Part shown: positions 25,846-37,877 of the stretch, in pieces
How the letters are laid out: every line of letters begins with the position of its first letter
Position numbering within the stretch: position 1 is the stretch's first letter
Program-made: the position numbers and the translations under genes
NCBI RefSeq assembly: GCF_004010195.1
Contig: NC_057711.1
Coordinates: 77,536,341-77,597,050, forward strand
DNA from: Chiloscyllium plagiosum
Lineage: Eukaryota
Direction: 5' to 3'
DNA: 60,710 nucleotides
The notes under the pieces: model-generated
The model's input: only the letters and a program-made list of their open reading frames with translations
Database searches by the model: none
Told to the model about the DNA's origin: nothing

Positions 25846-28630
25846 TTGAGGAGTATGAAAGTCTTACAAGTTTCAGGATCAGGTTTAACAGCACATTAAG
25901 GTCATTAATATGGTCAAGCAGCCACAAGCTAAAATTGGACATTCTAACTTGACCCACAGCCAGTGAAATGGGACCCAATTGAAAACTGGCCAAACTTAAT
26001 TAAAAAGCAGCCAGCAGCTTCAGAGAATGGTGGAAACCAAAGTAAAGGAGGTCACAAAGGTCAGAAGGAACCAGCCTGAGGGTTGCCTGAGGAATGTGCA
26101 TTGACAGAGTATTGATCAAACTTTCTGGCACCTTGACTTCTAGCTATTGCCTAATGATGTGCACTTTTCACTTCCAGCAGAGCAATAGTGAAGGGTATTG
26201 GCATGATCCCAGTGGATGCTTTGAACCCCGCTCATGACCCTATGGGCCAAAACCTACAGAACATTCAGGAAGGTCTGGAAGAGGGAGGTAAAAACATACA
26301 CCTGGAAGCCACCTCCTCAGTGAAGACTTGCTGAAAGACTTGTGGTGGAAGACTGTGTGGCAACCCAAGAAGACCCAGAAGAAGATCCACCCTGACCTGC
26401 AAAATCCACCTTCATGAAAGAGAGCCAGCTTTATCTGACCGATTGGAGAGGAAGGAGATTCTAATGGCTCAGCTCAAACACGGGAATCATTGTGGATAAT
26501 ATCCCTTCTCTGGTGGATAGAGTGAAATAGAGAGTAAATATTGTGGGAATTTGGGAAATGGTCACATCGTCTTTATTAAGGAATATTTTGTTAATAAAAT
26601 TGAGTTGAACCGCAAACCAAATTCTGTGTTTGTTTGTCTTCCTCACCAACAAGAGTGCTTGGGTAAATTATTTTTAATACATAAATTGGTCAAAGTGTTC
26701 AAAGAACAAAGAACACTAAATAAGAGTGGTACTTCCAGTAGGATAGCTTGAGTAAGCTACTTAATTTGTTGTAATATAGTCTTGAGTGATTCACCTTGCT
26801 GAAGTAAGAAATGATGCAGAGTGTATGGTTATGTCAGGCTGTGGAACAGAGCTCTCAATTTTGACTCAAATCCCCAGTTGTTAGTGGTTTATTTTTCTAG
26901 AACTTGGGCAGTATGGGACGTTGTCATTCCCAATGCCGAGACCAATGTGAGATCATTTGTCTAGTCTTATTCTTTTTCAATAGCCTTGAGATGTTTGTAC
27001 AGACTGCTACGGCAACAGCCAGAAGTGACATACAACCTGACTACAGTCCATCACCTCCCAAGATGGACATGTGCCTGCTGTACTGATTTGCTACAATTGA
27101 TTGGCTTTTCAGGCCTCTCCCAAGTGTACTTAAGAATTAATTACATTGCTGTGGAGTCATATAGAGACTAGGTAAGGACAACTAATTTCCTTCTCTAAAA
27201 GACAAATGGTTACTTTACAATAATCCAGACAGTCCATGGTAAAAGTTACTGAAGTCAGTATTTTATTCCGGATGATTCAATTCATGAAATTAAATTCCAC
27301 CAATTGCTGTCACAGGATTTTAGCTCATGTCTCTAGAGCATTACTGTAACATTACCACTTTTTCAGCCACAATTTTCCAATGTCAGGTCTTCCACAGTGA
27401 ACATGTGGTATTTGCATTCATATTGTTTCATTGATCATCACCACATTTTTCCACTGCGGGTATTGTTTGCATTAAATTACCAATTTTACAAATTAAATCA
27501 TGTATCAATTATACTGCAAAAGGTTAATTGTTATATTGTGCAAGTATGTCTTTTAATGTTTATTGGAGAGTCAAATTTCATAAAGAGCTAACAGGACTCT
27601 ATCAAACTAAAATAAATATGCATGTTGTATTTTCTACCATTTCTGAATGTCCTGAAGTGCTTTACAGATAATTGCTTTGGAAATGGAGACACTGCTGAAA
27701 CATAAGAAATTCAGCAAATAAATTGCACAGAAAAACTCCCCAAAACATAAGCTGATAATGACCAAATATTCTGTATTTTTAATGATCTTCATTATGGATA
27801 AATATTGATTAGGATAACATTCCCACTCATCAATCGGACACCATTTTTAGTGTTTGCATTCATACACTGTAGATGTTATATTCTGTGGGTCAATATGTGT
27901 GTTTCAAGGATAATTGCATGTGGTAAGTGGTACTCTTCAGATTGTTTTAGATGCTTCACCAGATTGACAGTGGTCAAACATGATCTTCCCACTCACCCTC
28001 TGAATATGCCATTAATTGCTATTATCAGTTCTCTTTTGAAACAATTTTGATAAAAGCATAGCTCCTAGCTAACTTCTGAGCACAGTATTTGATAGAATAT
28101 TTATTTTCCCAACAGAAAACAGTATTTGCTATAATGAGAATTCATTAACAATCCTTTAATTGCTTTTAATAAGTGATGGGTGTAGATTGAATGCACAGAT
28201 CATTAGTGCAAACTAGTGATGCTTTGACATGGCAGATGAATGAGTCTAACAGAAATTCTGGCAGCAAATGATGTTACAACTTTTTCTTTAAGTTTTCCAC
28301 CTATTTTAGTCTACATGAACTCTAACATGGTTGACAATTCTAAGTTTTTTGTCAATGAAACCAAAGGGTAGATGAGGGAGAACTAGTTTAATAGGATTTT
28401 CATACTACCTTTAATAATATGCTGCACAAGCATTATTATACAACATCAGAGTGCTTGGAATTCAAGAATAATATATTTGCATGGATTGAGGATTGTTCAA
28501 TGCACAGCACATAGAGAGTAGAAATAAACAAATCATTTTCATGTCACAGGCTGTAATGATCAGATCTTAGTCATCAGTAACTTACAACCCATGTCAATGA
28601 TTTGGATGAGGAGATTGACTGTAACAAATC

Positions 28631-29210
28631 CAAGAGAAATTGAGGACTGCAGATTCTAGAGATCAGAGTTGCAAAATGTTGCACTCGAAAAGCACAGTAG
28701 GTCAGGCAATATCCGAGGAGCAGGAGAATTGTTTTGGGCATAAGCCCTTCATCAGGAATGTGGGGGCAGGGGTGGTGGAAGAAAGGGGGCTGAGAGATAA
28801 ATAAAAGGGGTGGCCATGTGGGGAACATAGCTGGGAAGGCGAGAGGTAGATGCAGGTGGGGGGTGATGATGATGGGTCAAAGCGGAACATGGACCGGATA
28901 CGTGGGTAGGAAGATGGATAGATAGGACAGTTTAACAGGGCAGTGCTGAGTTGAAGGTTTGGATCTGGAATGAGGTGGGGGAAGGGGTGATGAGGAAACT
29001 GATGGAGTCAATGTTGATGCCATGTGGTTGGAGATTCCCAAGTTGGAAGATGAGGCATTCTTCCTCCAGGCGTCAGGTGTCCAGGATTTGGAAGGGAGGG
29101 ATGCCCAGGATTTGCTGGGACACATGCACCAAACAGCTCCACCACCCTGTGGCCGGTCACTTGAACTCCCCCTCCACCACCAAATCCTAGCCACCCAACA
29201 CCTGGAAAAA
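28631..29210 (-). mobile_element. Penelope-like 3' fragment with a short inverted 5' segment (~29113-29210), inserted in an old CR1 fragment (~28450-29270)
   Basis: Reverse terminal repeat at 28631-28760; GIY-YIG C-terminal sequence in both orientations either side of ~29105. Confidence 0.85.
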
Positions 29211-29287
29211 AATTGATAAGGAAGACTCAAAAAATTTGCAAAAGTCTGGCTGAGTGGACAAACACCTGAGTAATTGAGTGTAATGTA

Positions 29288-29590
29288 ATGGTGGCAAAGT
29301 GGTCAGCACTACTTTCACACAGTGCTGGTGACCTAGATTCAATCCTAACCTTGGATAACTGCCTGTTGGAAGCTTGCAAGTGCTTGCCCTGTGTCTGTGT
29401 GAATTTCTGCTGATTGCTCTGGTTTCCTCTCACAGTCCAAAGATATGTATGTTAGGCCATGCTAAATTGCCCTGTGGTGTTCAGGAATGTTCAAGCTAGG
29501 TGGTAAATGTGGGGATAGGAGGGCATGGTCTTTGGAGGGTAGTGAAGACTTGATAGGCTGAATGATCTGTATCTGCAGGAATTCTATATA
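29288..29590 (+). mobile_element. V-domain SINE, diverged
   Basis: 'atggtggcaaagtggtcagcact', 'gattcaatcc', 'ggtttcctctcacagtccaaagat', 'gctaaattgccc'. Confidence 0.82.
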
Positions 29591-29859
29591 ATTATAATGT
29601 TCTTTACAAACGGATGAAAGATTGTACATGGTTACACGATAAATGGCACAGAAGCAGATTATTTGGTCCAATCAGTGCATGCTGGTGTTTATTTTCCACT
29701 TGCACCTCCCCACATCTTTTCTCATTAGAGCTACAAATAATCTCAAATGTGTAAAGTTTCATTTTAAACATATCTATAACAACTCCCTGTGGTAGTATGT
29801 TCCACATTTTCAAAACTCTTTGGTTAAAGAAGATTCTGGGTAATCCAAGATGGAGGATG

Positions 29860-32800
29860 GGAGAAATTTCTGGCTGCAACAGGCTGCTCTTTTTTTGAGG
29901 TATTTTAGGTGTTGGAGGTGATTTCCCCATATTCCAGGAGCAGCAATTATTGTTTTAAATACTATTGGAACTTTGGAGAAAAATAGTCAAAATACTTTTA
30001 AAGGGGAAAGGGACAGACAAAGGGAGCACATGGTCGGGTCAGTGCAGGAGAGAGAGAGAGAATGAAACCCACACTGCTAACTGACACAGCAGTGAACCTG
30101 TGCAGTTACTGCCTTTGCTGTTGAATTCATGTATCACTGGGCGTCGGAGCGCGTCTGGAAAAATTAACAAACAGTGAAATTTACAACTGATCTTGGAGGA
30201 ACCTGTTTGGGAGAGGTGACCGCACAGAGACAGATAAGTGAATAGTTTTAAGTGGGCCTTGGGGCTTTGCCGTAAGTCTGCAGTAGCGAGTAGAGTGGGT
30301 TCTTTCTTGATTATATGTTTTTATTGAGATATATCTCTTGATTAAACTTAAAAATATAAGCCATAAGTATTAAGTTAGCCTGGACCAGTATTTTGCAGAG
30401 GAATAAGACAGGGATATTTTCTGGGTCTGCAGATTGGAAGAAGCAAAAATGGCCCTTAGTGGAGCGATACGCTCTTCTTGTCATATGTGGGAGTTTAGGG
30501 AGAGTTTATGTGTTACTGGGGATTATATCTAGTAAATTACATTGGTTGCGAATCCTATCAGATCAAATGGATTGGTTGGAGCGACAGTTAGAAGCAATGA
30601 GGAATTTACAAGAGCAAGGTGGTGTGATGGATGGCAGTTATAGAAAGGGAGAAAAGTTGCAGATACAATCATATAGATAAGCTAACTCCTGAAAAGGTAA
30701 GAAAGGTAGGCAGCATGTGCAGAAGTCTTCTGTGGCTATTCCAATTTCAGACAAGTATGCTGTTTTGGAAAATGTAGGCGGTGATGGATTCTCAGGGGAA
30801 TGTAGCACGAACAGCCAAGTTTCTGGTATTGAGACTGGTTCTAATGCAATAAGGGGTACATCAAGTTCCCAGAGATCGAGTGTGTTAGGGGACACTGTAG
30901 TCCGAGGCACTGATAGAAGTTCCTGTGACTTATAGCGAAAAATCAGAATGGTGTGTTGCTTCCTTGGTGGCAGGATCAAGGATATCTCAGAGAAGTCGCA
31001 GAATATTCTCGAGGGGGAGAGGGACCAGCAGGAGGTCATTATACACATTGGAACCAACAACATAAGGAAGGGAAACGGTTGAGTAGTAATATCTCAATTA
31101 CTCCCCGTGCTATGAGCTAGTGAGGGTAGGAATTTGAGGATAGAGCAGATGAATGCATGGCTGAGCAGTTGGTGTATGGGAGAAGGATTCACATTTTTGG
31201 ATCATTGGAATCTCTTCTCCCATTTCAGGATGGATTGCACCTGAATTGGAAGGGGACTAATATACTGGCAGGAAGATTTGCTAGAACTGCTCAGGAGGAT
31301 TTAAACTAGTAAGGTGGGGGGATGGGGGGGACCCAGGGAGATGGTGAGGAAAGAGATCAATCTGAGACTAGTACAATTGAGAAAAAAAAAGTGAGTCGAA
31401 CAGTCAGGGCAGGCAGGAACAAGGTAGAACTAATAAATTAAACTGCATTTATTTCAATGCAAAAGGCTTAAAAGGGAAGGCAGATGAACTCAGGGCATAG
31501 TTAGGAACATGGGAATGGAATATCATAGCAATTATAGAATCAGCTCAGGGATGGACAGGACTGACAGCTTAATGTTCCAGAATACAAATGCTACAGAAAG
31601 GACAAAAAAGGGAGGCAAGAGAGGCGGGGGAGTGACGTTTTTGTAAGTGATAGCATTACAGCTGTACTGAGGGAGAAAATTCCCAGAAATACATCCAGGG
31701 AGGTTATTTGGGTGGAACTGAGAAGTAAGAAAGGGATGATCACCTTATTGGGATTGTATTATAGACCCTCTAATAGTCAAAGGGAAATTGAGAAACAAAT
31801 TTGTAAGAAATATAGGATGTTTATAGTAGTGGATTTTAACTTTCCAAATGTCGACTGGGACTGCCATAGTGTTAAGGGTTTAGATGGAGAGGAATTTGTT
31901 AAGCATGTACATGTGGATGTACCTACTAGAGAAGGTGCAAAACTCGACCTACTCTTGGGAAATAAGGCAGGGCAGGTGACTGAGGTGTAAATGGGTGAGC
32001 ACTTTGGGGCCAGCGACCATAATTCTACTAGTTTTTAAGTGGTGATGGAAAAGGATAGACCAGATCTAAAAGTTGAAATTCCAAATAGGAGAAAGGCCAA
32101 TTTTGATGGTACTAGGCAAGAACTTCCAAAAGCTGACTGGGGGCAGATGTTCGCAGGTAAAGGGACGGCTGGAAAATGGGAAGCCTTCAGAAATGAGATA
32201 ATGAGAGTCCAAAGAAAGCATATTCCTGTTAGGGTGGAAGGAAGGGCTGGTAGATATAGGGAATGCTGGATGACTAAAGAAATTGAGGGTTTGGTTAAGA
32301 AAAAGAAGGAAGCATATGTCCTGAGAAGAGTATAAAGGCAGTAGGTGTATACTTAAGAGGGAAATCAGGAGGACAAAACGGGGACATGAGATAGCTTTGA
32401 CAAATAGAATTAAGGAGAATCCAAAGGGCTTTTCAAAATACATTAAGGACAAAAAGATAACAAGGGAGAGAATAGGGCCCCTCAAAGATCAGCAAGGCAG
32501 CCTTTGTATGGATCTGCAGATGGGAGAGATACTAAACGAGTATTTTGCATCAGTGTTGACTGTGGAAAAGGACTTGGAAGATACCGAATGTAGGGAAATA
32601 GATGGTGACATCTTGAAAAATGTTCTTATTACCGAGGAGGAAGTGCTGGATGTCTTGAATTGCATACAAGTGGATAAATCCCCTGGACCTGATCAGGCAT
32701 ACCCTAGAACTCTGGGGTAAGCTAGGGAAGTGATTGCTGGGGCCCTTGCTGAGATATTTGTATCATCGATAGTCACAGGTGAGGTACCAGAAGACTGGAG

Positions 32801-33490
32801 CTTGGCTAACATAGTGCCACTATTTAGGACAAGGTAGGGAACTATAGACTGGTGAGCCTGACGTCAGTGGTGGGCAAGTTGTTGGAGGGAATCCTGAAGG
32901 ACAGGATGTACATGTATTTGGAAAGGCAAGGACTGATTAAGGCTAGTCAGATGGCTTTGTGCATGAGAAATCATGTCTCACAAAGTTGATTGAGTTTTTC
33001 AAGAAGCGACAAAGAGGATTGATGAGGGCAGAGTGGTAGACATGAACTCTATGGACTTCAATAAGGCGTTCAACAAGGTTCCCCATGGGAGACTGGTTAG
33101 CAAGGTTAGATCTCATGGAATACAGGGAGAACTAGCCATCTGGATACAGAACTGGCTCAAAGGTAGAAGACAGAGGGTGGTGATGGAGGGTTGTTTTTAA
33201 AACTAGAGGCCTGTGACCAGTGGAGTGTCACAAGGATCGGTGCTGGGTCCTCAACTTTTTGTTATTTATACAAATGATTTGGATGTGAGCATAAGAGGTA
33301 CAGTTAGTAAGTTTGCAGATGACACCAAAATTGGAGGTGTAGTGGACAGCGAAGGAGGTTACCTCAGATTACAACAGGATCTGGACCAAATGGGCCAATG
33401 GGCTGAGAAGTGGCAGATGGAGTTTAATTCAGATAAATGCGAGGTGCTGCATTTTGGGAAAGCAAATCTTAGCAGGACTTATACACTTAA
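29860..33490 (+). mobile_element. Second CR1 LINE (different subfamily): 5'UTR, decayed ORF1 (~30449-31310), ORF2 broken off after the RT core
   Basis: 'VLGDTVVRGTDR' and 'HIGTNNI' (SGNH); 'YYRPSNS', 'DFNFPNVDW', 'GVSQGSVLGP', 'KFADDTK'; 5' boundary approximate. Confidence 0.93.
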
Positions 33491-33491
33491 T

Positions 33492-33577
33492 GGACCTGCA
33501 CATCTTTGGACTGTGGGAGGAAACCGGAGCACCCGGAGGAAACCCACACAGACACGGGGAGAACGTGCAAACTCCAG
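33492..33577 (-). mobile_element. V-SINE central-domain fragment fused to the broken CR1
   Basis: 'cctgcacatctttggactgtgggaggaaaccggagcacccggaggaaacccacacagacacggggagaacgtgcaaactcca'. Confidence 0.88.
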
Positions 33578-35189
33578 AATGTTTTGTTGTGGGTGTAATG
33601 AAGGTTCATCAGACTGATTCCTGTGATGAGAGGTTATCCTATGAAGAAAGAAAGAATAGCCTGGATCTATATTCCCTATTGTTTAAGTGATTAAAAGATG
33701 ATCTCATTGAAACATATAATCAAGGCAACACTGATAGATTTTTTTGGATACTTTAGAGAATCAAGGAACATGGTGATTGGGAAAAAAGTGGTAGGGATAG
33801 AAAATCAGCCGTGATTCTATTGAATGGCAGAGCAGATTTTGTAGGGTCAAATGTCTTACACCTGCACCTATTTTTAATGTTTTTACAGTAAAGCCACAGA
33901 TATAGAAAACATAACCTGAAATACTTGGTCAGTATCTTAATTGCCATGCAATTCACCTTTACTGATTAAATTCAAATTTCCTTAATCCCATCCTGGTCCA
34001 AATAGATCATACATAAACAGGTTCTAAGTGTTGTAAATGTTCCTAGCCTAAACGTCTATTGATACCACAAATTCTCAGCAAACTAATGCAGTATGCGGTG
34101 TGTTGTATGAACAACGATGTGTAATCTCCATAATGAGTATAATTCACACAGCAAACAAAACTAAAGATTTTAGAAAAGTTTGGAAGAAAAGGGTTTCTCC
34201 AGTCCTGTCCAATTCCTGTGGGATCACTGAAAGGTTGACAGAATGAAGTGATCCCTCAAGAACAGCAGAATTCATAGGGCAGATTACTTCATAATGCCGG
34301 CTGGCAATTGATTGTCAGGTCTAAAAGTTGACGGAAATACAAGAACCGAGCTGAAGGCTCATCTGCACAGTGCACAATAGGAGCAATCTTCACTTCTGGT
34401 GATGGTTAATTTAGTTGACTGGATATATAGTATATCATCATTTGGAATGATACTCGAAGTGTAAGTTGATTTCTACTCTAACTGAGGTAGATTTCAGGCC
34501 TGCCTTTTCGCTCTATCAACAAGAATGAAAGCAACGGAAAACCACTAAAAATAAATTGAGGACGAAGCATCGGCAATGAGCCAAGAACATCTTCAGGTCC
34601 AATGAATTGATCTTCACTTAACCAATGGGCAGAAATCTGACATGATAAGATCATGTGATCAGATTAAATGCTACTCTCTATAACTTCAGCAGAAAATTGG
34701 CTGTACTTATGGATACAGAGATTAAAAGATGATTTTCTGCTGAGTTTTTACTGCTGTGCAAAGATTATATCAGGAAATCAGGAGAATATAAGTTCTCTGC
34801 TGCGCTGTACAAAATAAAAATTTTCCTTCTTTCAATTCTTCTAGAAAGACATGCAATAACTTTCCCAGCCCAAAATATCCAAGAAGCAATAAAAGAACCC
34901 ATTCCTGGGTTGCATGAGTCTAGATAGAGGAGACACTGACCCAGGCTGTTCCTTATATCTTCACGTCAAGGTCATTTGCCTGACAGGGGCAGGTGAATAG
35001 TATCTGCAAAATCTCAGGAATGACACTTAAACCCAGAGGAGGTTAGGGAAAATTGGAGCAAACCTCATGAAGTAGTATTGCACTATCACAAGTTATCAAA
35101 AGTTTAGTTTGTAAAATTTCCAAGATTATAATGTATTTAGCATCATCTTGTGGCACAAAGTGGTACTGTGTTTGAGTCTTTTAAAACTA

Positions 35190-35541
35190 AAATTTACTTA
35201 AACCATGTTTTCTGTCAATCTGACTCTGGTATTAAGAAACACAATTAGAAAGGAAACATTTCAAAGGGAATGAATAATATTTGTAATAATTATAAATTTA
35301 ACATTTGTAATATTATAAAAAATGTGATTCAAATTAAATTTTACTTAAAACAATTTTTCTGTCAAACTGACTGGTACTGAGAAGCACAATTACAAACTAA
35401 ATATTTCAAATAGGGAATGAATAACATTTGTAATTATTACAAATGTAAAATTTGTAATAATTACAAATATTATTCATTCCCTATTTGAAAATTAAGTAAA
35501 ATTATATCCCTATGTAAAATTTGTAATATTATAAAAGATGT
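35190..35541. repeat. ~148-bp diverged tandem duplication containing a 41-bp-arm inverted repeat
   Basis: Copy 1 ~35190-35336, copy 2 ~35337-35455, resuming at ~35513; arms 35404-35444 / 35450-35490 (40/41 match). Confidence 0.9.
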
Positions 35542-37877
35542 GTAATAGAATTTTGATTTAACAAATTTTCACTGAATTTCACATTTAACCAAAATGCTCG
35601 TTTTTTAATATGAATTTTCAGTATGCTTAAATTCTGAATTGTTTGTTTCTGAAACTGATATGCTTGAAAAATATTTAGTGATTACAGTTGGCCATCCACA
35701 TATTCCTAAAGTCTACTTTTGCAATAATGGTGCAATCATTTATCACATGAAAGAAAGCTCTAGACATATTTCAAACAAATGGTACTCTTTATAGCTGCAG
35801 GCAGCTGCCTTTATCTGGAGATCAGGATAACATCAGAGGTCTGACTCTTGAACAGGCTGGTAATTAAAACATCAGTGCAGGTGTACAAAAATGGAAAACA
35901 CTGTCATATTACTAATCTGGGAAAGTACTGACCATACCTGTTGGGATCACACTTTGTTCATTGTTTTTGAAAGAAAACTACTGAAACATTGGCAAGTGTG
36001 GTATTTTCTAATTCTTTAGGTACATTTTTCTACACTTTTAAATACACCATTATCAAAAAACCATATGCATGCTCATGTTATAATTATTATATTACTTTGG
36101 AAAGTGTGCACTTTAATTTTGGAAGTAAGCATTTCCAATAATTCTTTTAGGTCATTGCAGAAGATGTGGAGATAATAAATCTACTTCACAACATGCTCCC
36201 AACATACCCAGAGGGAACCCTTTTGGGACCATTTGTCTTTTGTTCATTATCTTGTCTGGTTCATGCAGTGGTCTAGTTCATGCTCAATGAGTTTCAAACA
36301 GCTTTTGGGATCAGAAGTCATCCACTTTTCACCTGGCATCTTTTTATATTTCAAATTATATTAAATTTTTTCCATCACATTATATACTTCTCAAGAACCT
36401 ATTTAAGGGTTTCAGTTGATCGAATATGCTATTCCTGTTATTGCCACTTCTGACACATATACAGAAAAGGTTAAACATGTGAACCATGACTTCCAAAGTG
36501 GATAGAATAAATATTACAGTGGAGTCCAGCTTCCTGATTGTCCAGAAGTTCCAGGCAACAAATTCTTTGCCCGAGGTTTCACATCATTGTGCAAATGACA
36601 AACAATCTTTTTGATGCATAAGGCTGTAAAATATTTTGTGATTTGTAAAGCATTTATCTTCATTCATAGGTCCAAGAAATTGATACACCACAAGTTCAAG
36701 ACCTAATTTTGTGGACTCTTATTTAATTGGCAATTTCTTTCAAGGAAAATGAAAGTTGCAACCTACTTTTAAGAAGATTCTTTTTAATTCAAACGAATAT
36801 TAACACAATACCACAGGTCAAAGATTAAGAGTAGCATTTTTGTTCTAGGGTGGGGATCCCAAAATTGTGATAATTTCTGAAGCATAATACACATATCCTG
36901 ATTTGTGATTGAGAAACCAGTTAATAACTGGAGAGTACACTCACCACCCCATTAAAGATGGCAAATGGATATCTGACTCTGCAGAGCGAAAGGGAAGTTC
37001 TCCAGAAATGAAAGTAATGCAGCTTTCTGTTGCAGGAAAGAGAGAGATCAAGAGTTTACAAGATGAGTACAGGTTGCTTTGGAATGCTTTTAAGATCGGC
37101 AACTTAAAATGGCAGCAGTTGCCAGATTGCTCTCTGTATGCCCAAACAACAGTCTGCAAATCAGCTGCTGAGGTTGAGGGTTGTAAGATGGAGCAGAAGA
37201 TGAGTAATGGAAGTGAGCATGCAGAGCGTGTGCAACAGATGCTTAAATGTTGAAAAGGAGCACTGGCTCTCCAGTGTGTCAGTGGAAAGCTGCGTTTCTT
37301 TCTCTGGCTACACTTCAGCCATACAGGCTTGCAGGGGAACGCAGCTACTCACTTCTTGCAGCAATGGCCACAAAACCTTGAGAATTCTGTCTGAAAATTT
37401 TGTTCACCATTGGAAATAAAACTCATGTTTCATTGAAGCCCAATCATGAGTCCACTTGAAAGGTCTATGAATTTCCCTTTTCATTATTGACAGGTCCTGC
37501 TTCATAGATAAAGCAGAAAAATCTGAGAAAAGGAAGCAGATATAAGTGCTTAGGTCTTTAAAATGTATTCATTCACAGACTGTGGGTATGGCTAGCTAGG
37601 CCCATGTTTTTACCCAACTCTAATTGCTCTTGAGCAGATGGTGGTGAACCACCTTCTTAGACAGCTGCAATCCACCATGTGTTGTAGGAAGCTCAGTTCT
37701 GTCAGGGAGAGGGTTCCAGGATTTTGACCCAGTCATAATGAAGGAGCGATGATATATTTCTAAGACAAACTGGTATGCCACTTGAAAGGAAGTTGCAAAT
37801 AATACAGATGTCAAGCTGTCAAGGGGAGATGGTAAAATTCTGTCTTGTTGGAGATGGTCATTACCTGACATTTACAA

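Larger units (their letters stand above)
25592..26680 (+). mobile_element. Possible solo LTR (interrupted by the fold-back element)
   Basis: TG start, AATAAA at ~26593 followed by a GT-rich tract; TSD not convincing. Confidence 0.3.
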
